A stretch of DNA of 32,000 nt from Aquifex aeolicus VF5. Lineage in GTDB: Bacteria > Aquificota > Aquificia > Aquificales > Aquificaceae. The position numbers were made by a program, and so were the translations under genes. This document shows, piece after piece, positions 26,436-32,000 of the stretch (the stretch's first letter is position 1; each line of letters starts with the position of its first letter). Where the stretch lies: the NCBI RefSeq assembly GCF_000008625.1, contig NC_001880.1, positions 7,457-39,456 of the forward strand, in the 5' to 3' direction. A model generated the notes under the pieces. The model did not search any database and was not told the DNA's origin. It saw only the letters and a program-made list of their open reading frames with translations.

Positions 26436-27398
26436 ATGACGTATCAAAACGGTGTTGAAGTTTTACTTGAGGAATTTCTTGATTATCTAACAAAGGAAGA
26501 AACCATATGCTCGCTGGAAATAGAAAAGTTAAAAGTTTCTATAGACGAACTTGAGAAAGAAACTGATGAGCCGAGAGTACTTCAAGGGATAAACTATTTC
26601 AGAACCGCAAAAGAAGTTTACCAACTTTCACGGAAAGCATATGAAACAAAAGAGGAAGTGGTCTCTGAAGCTTTAATACTATGGATTTATGAAAACCTAT
26701 GGAAAGGATTTAATGTTCCCAAGGGATATAGAAAAAGTGATATGGTTATTTTCGGTGCAAAATTTAGTCCTCCACCACCATATGTTGTTCCGAACCTTAT
26801 AAGAACAATAGTAAACTGGCTAAGGAATGAGAAAACAATAGATGTAGTTAAGAAATCTATTATTTTCCACACGCTATTTGAAGTTATACATCCGTTTCCT
26901 GACGGCAACGGAAGAGTGGGAAGAATACTTTTGAATGCAATCCTCGTAGAAAACGGACTCTTAAATGTTGCTTTTAGAAATAGAGAGAAATATATCTCCG
27001 CCTTGAGAGAAGCTGAAGAGGGAGCTATAGTAGTTGTTGAAAAACTATCAAGAGGAAGAAAAATAGATTATTCATCTATTACAGAAACTGTAGAGTATTA
27101 CGGAAACTTAAATGTTTTTGATGAACTAATAAGAACCGAGATGATGCACAGCTTGAAGGTATACTCAAATATAAAGCAAGTTTTCTTAACTCCAGAGGAG
27201 GCAGCAAAACTTTTAGGTTTAAAGAATAAGGATTACGTAAGAGTTCTAATCCACAGAGGAAAACTAAAAGCAGTTAAGGAAGAAGGTAAGTGGAAGATAC
27301 CTCTTTCTGAAGTTGTAAAGAACTTTGAACACAAACTGAAAGGAGAAGAATTCAAACTTGCCAATAATTTGTTCAAAGGTAAACTTAGTCCTTCTTAA
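26436..27398 (+). CDS. Fic-domain protein with C-terminal HTH
   Basis: Exact Fic motif HPFPDGNGRVGR, plus LTPEEAAKLLGLKNKDYVRVLIHRGKLKAVKEEGKWKIPLSEV. Confidence 0.92.
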   Translation: MTYQNGVEVLLEEFLDYLTKEETICSLEIEKLKVSIDELEKETDEPRVLQGINYFRTAKEVYQLSRKAYETKEEVVSEALILWIYENLWKGFNVPKGYRKSDMVIFGAKFSPPPPYVVPNLIRTIVNWLRNEKTIDVVKKSIIFHTLFEVIHPFPDGNGRVGRILLNAILVENGLLNVAFRNREKYISALREAEEGAIVVVEKLSRGRKIDYSSITETVEYYGNLNVFDELIRTEMMHSLKVYSNIKQVFLTPEEAAKLLGLKNKDYVRVLIHRGKLKAVKEEGKWKIPLSEVVKNFEHKLKGEEFKLANNLFKGKLSPS

Positions 27399-27468
27399 TT
27401 CCCGACAAAGTTGCTCTATCAGAAAGTTTTACCAGAAAGTCCTATATATAGGACAACTTTTCTACAGA

Positions 27469-27490
27469 GTTCTCATATCGGTATGAGAAC
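27469..27490. repeat. Isolated perfect palindrome GTTCTCATATCGGTATGAGAAC
   Basis: Perfect 9-bp arms; 15 bp from another palindrome, GTCCTATATATAGGAC (27439-27454). Confidence 0.85.
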
Positions 27491-27781
27491 TTTTGCGTTG
27501 TGAACCATGGTTTACAACCTCAGGCAAGTCTTAACTGAGCTAAATTTAACCAAACTAAATTAATATACTTATGGAATATATACACGAAAGTATAAGAGAA
27601 TTCTGTTGTAAAAAGGGAGTGGGGTGTTCTAATTCTATCATTAATTCTGTCTCTTCTTGCAACATATGTGTAAACATTTTTCAAGGTAAGAAAGAAGAAG
27701 GTTTAACTTGAATTCCAAAAGCTCTTCAACTTTTTATTTTGCATCAGACATAGGAAAAAATCCTCCAAAACTCGGACCAAG

Positions 27782-28477
27782 TTAAGTAGCTTTCTTTCTT
27801 TTGAATGTTGGAAACAGAGAAAGGAAAGCCTCTATTTGTAAGAAAAGATGAGGCGGAATTTCCTTTATTAACTCTTTCCTCAACTCTTCAATCTTTTTGT
27901 TTCTGAGAAATTTAGCCGTCCTGAACTTTTCAAGACATACGTATATTCCCGCATTTGACATGTAATCAGGTTTTATAAAGTTGAAAAAGTATACTATTAG
28001 CCTCTTTCTGTCGTCGGGAGTATATCCTTTTTCCTCCAAAACTCTATACATGTAGGCAACAACTCTCGTGTATTTCGGGGCACTATACTTTTTCACGATT
28101 GGTTTTTTACTTCTTTTGTGAAATTGTTTCCTTCTTTCCCTTAACTTCGCATAAGTCCTGACAAGTGTTATTCCCTTTATAAAGTCCTTTAAATTTGGTC
28201 TCTTTCTACTGCCTAAGAAATATACTACGTCCTCCTCTACAAACTCTAAGGGATAACCATCTTTCATGAACCTTACCAGTCCTTCTTTTTTCATTTTCTC
28301 CCTTAACCACTCCTGAAGCTCCTTAAATGCTTTCTTTACACTTTTTACATCTTTTACATCTTTTATGGTTTGTGTGGTTTTAGTGTCTTTTCCATAATTT
28401 GTGGTATTACTGGAATTCCCATCTTTTATGTTATTACCATTCTTCCCATTTTCAACTTCCCGCTTTTTTCCGTCCAT
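27782..28477 (-). CDS. Hypothetical basic protein with low-complexity N-terminus
   Basis: 231-aa ORF starting MDGKKREVENGKNGNNIKDGNSSNTTNYGKDTKTTQT. Confidence 0.6.
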   Translation of the reverse strand: MDGKKREVENGKNGNNIKDGNSSNTTNYGKDTKTTQTIKDVKDVKSVKKAFKELQEWLREKMKKEGLVRFMKDGYPLEFVEEDVVYFLGSRKRPNLKDFIKGITLVRTYAKLRERRKQFHKRSKKPIVKKYSAPKYTRVVAYMYRVLEEKGYTPDDRKRLIVYFFNFIKPDYMSNAGIYVCLEKFRTAKFLRNKKIEELRKELIKEIPPHLFLQIEAFLSLFPTFKRKKAT

Positions 28478-28572
28478 GCTAAAAATTGTATGCAGTTTTG
28501 AGGCGAAAACATATGAATAAGGTGTCTGCAGTTTGGAGGCGAGCTATATTGAATACATAATCACCATAAAAC

Positions 28573-28690
28573 ATGGTAATTATTGCAAATATGGTATTTA
28601 TGGTCATTATGGTAAATACAAATTATGGTAAATATGGTAATTATGGTAAGTATGGTTATTATGGCAATAAAGGTAAACATGGTAAAAGGT
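28573..28690. repeat. 9-bp tandem repeat (TATGGTAAN), about 10 units
   Basis: ...tatggtatt tatggtcat tatggtaaa tacaaat tatggtaaa tatggtaat tatggtaag tatggttat tatggcaat aaaggtaaa catggtaaa... Confidence 0.85.
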
Positions 28691-28697
28691 ATAAGAT

Positions 28698-29040
28698 GGT
28701 GTTGGGCTGGACCTTGGATTTGAACACACAAATGTAGTTGCAAATGGGAGGAAGTTTAAGTTTCCAAGCTGGATAACTTATCTTTCGAAAAGTACAATTT
28801 CGGAAGCAGAAGAGGTAAGGGTAGGCTCGGAGAGTATGGTTGTGGGGGAAGACGCAAAGTATGAACCGAGAAAGATAGAAATCAAAGGTGTCAACGCTGA
28901 TAAAGTATTCTCCCTACTTCCTCGCTTATATGGTAAAACTACTCGGCGAAGAACCAAAAGTTGTGATAAGCGATCTTCCTCTAGTGCTTAAGGACAAAAA
29001 GGAACAATACAAAGAAGTCCTCAAAAGTGTCCTCAGATGA
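28698..29040 (+). pseudogene. N-terminal portion of an actin-like (ParM/Alp-type) segregation ATPase, frameshifted
   Basis: GLDLGFEHTNVVANGRKFKFPSWITYLSKS...ESMVVGEDAKYEPRK, then in another frame YMVKLLGEEPKVVISDLPLVLKDKKEQYKEVLKSVLR*. Matches LDxGxxNTKVV...FPS and vGExA patterns of ParM-like proteins. Confidence 0.55.
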
Positions 29041-29060
29041 CATGTTCGAGGGATTTTTCT

Positions 29061-29262
29061 GAAGTAAGGTTTTTTGAATTTACGAAAGTAAGGCTAAAGA
29101 GGGAAGTCAAGTTGGTGAATTTCAAGGAAGTAAGGTTGAAGACAGGGAAGTAAGGTTCGTGAATTTGCAGGAAGTAAGGTTAAAGAGGGAAGTAGGGAAG
29201 TTTCGTATTGTGTGAATTCGCAGGAAGTAAGGGACAAGCGGGAAGTCTTGTGAATTTTTACC
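29061..29262. repeat. Degenerate tandem repeat, unit about 40-53 bp with GGAAGTAAGGTT...GTGAATTTGCA
   Basis: GAAGTAAGG-type blocks recur from 29061 to about 29230, alternating with (T)GTGAATT. Confidence 0.75.
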
Positions 29263-29574
29263 TTTTTGTGAATTACCACTTTGAAGTAGGGTTTACAGGA
29301 AAACGTAGAGTTTGCTAAAATCAGGAATATTCTGTATGCGTAAGTCTTATCCCGAAGGCAAATTTAAAAATCACGAAGTATTTAATCAATTTTTCTTCCT
29401 TTTCAGGTATATCAAATATCCTGCAAGTCCTAGATTAAATAGGAATACTAGCGTAGTTGCAATAAAGAATTTGTCAAATTCAAACATTTACTCACCTTGA
29501 AACTAGAGGCCGAAATAGTAATAGATAGTAATTTTATCCCAAATAAAGTAAAAAGTATATACTAATGGACAAAT

Positions 29575-30613
29575 TTGTAAACCTTGGTTGAGCCTGTTGA
29601 AAAAATCGTCATGACTTAGAGAATAAAGCGAGAGGAAGCCCATGTAATCCTCAAAAGGTTAAGACACAATAAAAGGAGCTTCAGAAGAAGGATCAAGTTG
29701 TAAAGAACAAACCTCCCTAGAACATACAAACTCGCAATCTCAAAGTCATAAACATTGTCCCTGTCCCCAAACCTGTTCTTAACTATCCCTATCACCTGCT
29801 CAACCCTGTACCTGTTCTTTCTATAAACCTTCCTCCTTATCTCATAATTCCTCTTAGCCCATAGCCTATACATGTTCCTAACTCTTGTATGTGCAGTATC
29901 CCTCACCGGAACTATAGACTCCATCCGTAGCTTCTTTATTTCCTCTAAAACTCCTGCAGACTTCCCATAGTAGGCATCCCCAAGAAAATACCTCGCTCTA
30001 AAGCCAAGTTCTTTGAGCATGGATCTTAGCAGCATATTCTCATCTGCATAGGATTTGCCTGTGTTTATATCCACTACTATAGCTTTGTTTCTTACAACTC
30101 CTACAAGAACTTCTGTTTTCACATGAGATTTTACATTCCTAAGTTCCTTTCCCTTCTTCCACTTGAGTTCATATGCCTGTGCATATCCAAATCCGGTTCC
30201 GTCAGCAATAAGGCAGTAAAACTCTTTTGCCTGAAGCTTTTCCATTATCTCCTTTGCGGTCCTGTGTATTAGCTCTTTGAGATAGCCCCGGTTTAGTTTT
30301 CTGAACCTGTAGTGGAGAGTGGTAAAGTCAGGTACTTTGGGGAATAGGTCTTTTAGTCTTTCTTCTAAATCTCGGAGGGAGAGGTTTTCTAAGATCTTAA
30401 TCAGTAGTGCTGCTACTATGAGGTGATCTTCGTAAACTCTGGGTCTTCCTCTTTTGTTGTACTGACTTGGTCTAATGGTATTGCATATTTCCCTGCTTTT
30501 GGTTAATATCAGTTTTATCAATTGCTTGTTATTTCTTGTTCTCATTCCCTTCCTTCTACTTCTTCTCTTCCACTGTGTCAAGATTTTTTAAACGGGCTTA
30601 CCTTGGTTTACAA
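29575..30613 (-). mobile_element. Insertion sequence of about 1.04 kb with imperfect terminal inverted repeats
   Basis: Left TTGTAAACCTTGGTTGAGCCTGTTGAAAAAATC. Right (reverse complement) TTGTAAACCAAGGTAAGCCCGTTTAAAAAATC. Confidence 0.85.
29616..30581 (-). CDS. DDE transposase (IS4/IS5 superfamily-like)
   Basis: RGRPRVYEDHLIVAALLIKILENLSLRDLEERL...FYCLIADGTGFG...YFLGDAYYGKSAG...YRVEQVIGIVKNRFG. Confidence 0.88.
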   Translation of the reverse strand: MTQWKRRSRRKGMRTRNNKQLIKLILTKSREICNTIRPSQYNKRGRPRVYEDHLIVAALLIKILENLSLRDLEERLKDLFPKVPDFTTLHYRFRKLNRGYLKELIHRTAKEIMEKLQAKEFYCLIADGTGFGYAQAYELKWKKGKELRNVKSHVKTEVLVGVVRNKAIVVDINTGKSYADENMLLRSMLKELGFRARYFLGDAYYGKSAGVLEEIKKLRMESIVPVRDTAHTRVRNMYRLWAKRNYEIRRKVYRKNRYRVEQVIGIVKNRFGDRDNVYDFEIASLYVLGRFVLYNLILLLKLLLLCLNLLRITWASSRFIL

Positions 30614-30695
30614 TTCCTGGAAAACAAAAAGGAATGACTTTCTAAGAGTGACGAATCGGTTTACATTAGGAAATACATATTAAGGATAAGTAAGG

Positions 30696-30944
30696 ATGAA
30701 GATAGCTAAGCTTACTAAGAAGGGACAATTTACCATACCTACGGGATATAGGAAATTATTAGGAACTTATATAGTTGAAATAACCTATGAGAAAGGAAAA
30801 GTAATAATTAAACCTGCTAAGAAATTGGGAGGAATTCTACATAAATACGCTATCCGGGACAGGTCCATAGAAGAGATAATGAAAACTGAAAAAGAGGCAA
30901 TAGGCGATGGCCTCGCGGAAAGGGGAAAAAGAGATAATTGTTAA
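30696..30944 (+). CDS. AbrB/SpoVT-type antitoxin (copy 2, diverged)
   Basis: MKIAKLTKKGQFTIPTGYRKLLGTYIVEITYEKGKVIIKPAKK; six substitutions relative to copy 1. Confidence 0.85.
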   Translation: MKIAKLTKKGQFTIPTGYRKLLGTYIVEITYEKGKVIIKPAKKLGGILHKYAIRDRSIEEIMKTEKEAIGDGLAERGKRDNC

Positions 30945-31321
30945 TGCTAATGTAATCCTGCGATATCTACTTAAAGACCACAGGAAGCTGTATAAAGAGG
31001 CTGAGGAGTTATTTAATAAGATACTCTCCGGAGAACTAAAAGTTTTTATCCCACAGGTAGTGATAGCCGAAATTGTTTATGTTCTTCAAGAAAGTATATA
31101 AAGTTGATAGACCTACTATATCACAGGTACTTATAGACATACTGGAACTTAGGAATGTGAAAATTGAAGATAATGAGCTCCTTATAGAGGCTCTAAAGAT
31201 ATACTCTAATAAGAACTTAGACTTTGTAGATTGCCTTCTTTGTGCGTATTCTAAGAAATACAAAGTTGTGTCCTTTGATAAGGGAGTAAAGAAGTGTACA
31301 AATGCCTTAACTATAGAATGA
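30907..31321 (+). pseudogene. VapC-like PIN toxin, split by the same frameshift (copy 2)
   Basis: Both half-ORF translations are identical to those of copy 1. Confidence 0.8.
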
Positions 31322-31446
31322 TTGCTTTAAGCCTTTGATTTTCAATATGTTTATAAAGGTATATTTACCAATCTATTGATTTTCAAATATCAAACTTCTT
31401 TGTCCAAGAAGTTTGGAAAAATAAATCAAAAGGAGGAGGTAGAAAA

Positions 31447-31518
31447 ATGCTAAGAAAACTCTTCTTTCTCCTCATTTTCCTGAGTGCAATCACACTTGCA
31501 GTTCCAGAAGAAGTTTGA
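31447..31518 (+). CDS. 23-aa signal-peptide-like ORF
   Basis: AGGAGGAGGTAGAAAAATG then MLRKLFFLLIFLSAITLAVPEEV*; just before the CRISPR repeats. Confidence 0.4.
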   Translation: MLRKLFFLLIFLSAITLAVPEEV

Positions 31519-31555
31519 GGTTTGATAATCAATATGTTTATAAACTTCTGGCAGG

Positions 31556-31716
31556 CTTTCTATCCCATATATGGGGACTAAAACGAATTCCCCAAGGGGT
31601 GGAAGACGCCGTGCCGAAGTTCTTTCTATCCCACATATGGTAACTAAAACTAAATACAAATCAACAAATAATGCAGATAAGGTATGACTTTCTATCCCAT
31701 ATATGGGAACTAAAAC
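31556..31716. CRISPR. Mini CRISPR array: three 29-nt repeats, two 37-nt spacers
   Basis: Repeats at 31556-31584 (CTTTCTATCCCATATATGGGGACTAAAAC), 31622-31650 (...CCACATATGGTAACTAAAAC) and 31688-31716 (...CCATATATGGGAACTAAAAC). Spacers 31585-31621 and 31651-31687 are unrelated and equal length. Confidence 0.88.
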
Positions 31717-31752
31717 GATTACTCGATAAAACTTACTCACCTCCTAACAAAG

Positions 31753-31908
31753 ATGAACATACAGATGGGGAAAGCAGGGCTTGCGGTAGTGTTTGACAAA
31801 TTACAAGAAGGCGAGTTTTTTGAAAACGAAGGGGAGGGAGAAAAAGAGTACGTCTGGGTTGAGAAGTGGAAAGGGGCTATTGTGCTTAGAGAGGATACCG
31901 TTCTATAG
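31753..31908 (+). CDS. Small hypothetical protein (51 aa)
   Basis: MNIQMGKAGLAVVFDKLQEGEFFENEGEGEKEYVWVEKWKGAIVLREDTVL*; not in the track because it is under 60 aa. Confidence 0.4.
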   Translation: MNIQMGKAGLAVVFDKLQEGEFFENEGEGEKEYVWVEKWKGAIVLREDTVL

Positions 31909-32000
31909 CATCCACGTAAGCCTCAAGTATTTGTCTTAGTCTCGTGTCTTTAGTTTTTTGAAAGAGTGTCTTTACTCTTTCATCGAGTTTTCGGACTAGT

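Noticed and set aside
28561-28743. 60-aa minus-strand Ile/Thr-rich ORF
   Set aside because: Produced by reading the 9-bp tandem repeat in reverse.
31450-31740. Track ORF (96 aa, minus) with recurring VLVPIYGIES
   Set aside because: It is the reverse translation of the CRISPR repeats; the repetition comes from the 66-nt repeat-spacer period (a multiple of 3), not a protein.

Overview
AT-rich accessory region. The codon usage, small overlapping genes and RepA-like, HerA, VapBC and AbiEii-type content suggest a thermophilic bacterium, possibly Aquificales-like (inference only). It reads as a mosaic of plasmid-like replication and partition modules, toxin-antitoxin genes, decayed mobile DNA and a decaying nuclease/helicase island. 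Main points: (1) Two paralogous 318-aa proteins (1329-2285 and 22553-23509) each lie directly downstream of an array of four full palindromes plus two opposite half-sites, with near-identical spacing but different palindrome sequence. A small HTH gene diverges from each array. A third, partly degenerate array with matching internal spacing is at 24908-25095. (2) A minus-strand cluster at 16170-21539 contains a PD-(D/E)XK-like protein, a PLD-HerA fusion, a PLD-P-loop ATPase fusion and a DEDD/PolB-like exonuclease. All but the first are broken by frameshifts or in-frame TAG codons. (3) A set of tiny membrane proteins with translationally coupled overlaps occurs in three separate loci. (4) A GC-rich, strongly foldable non-coding segment lies at about 7850-8040. 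(5) A 707-bp AbrB/VapC module is present twice in inverted orientation, sharing the same frameshift. (6) A small 3-repeat CRISPR array is at 31556-31716. (7) An actin/ParM-like remnant sits next to a 9-bp tandem repeat. (8) The 11-bp motif TTGAAAATCAA is dispersed in 10 exact copies. All calls come from reading sequence; no database search was run.
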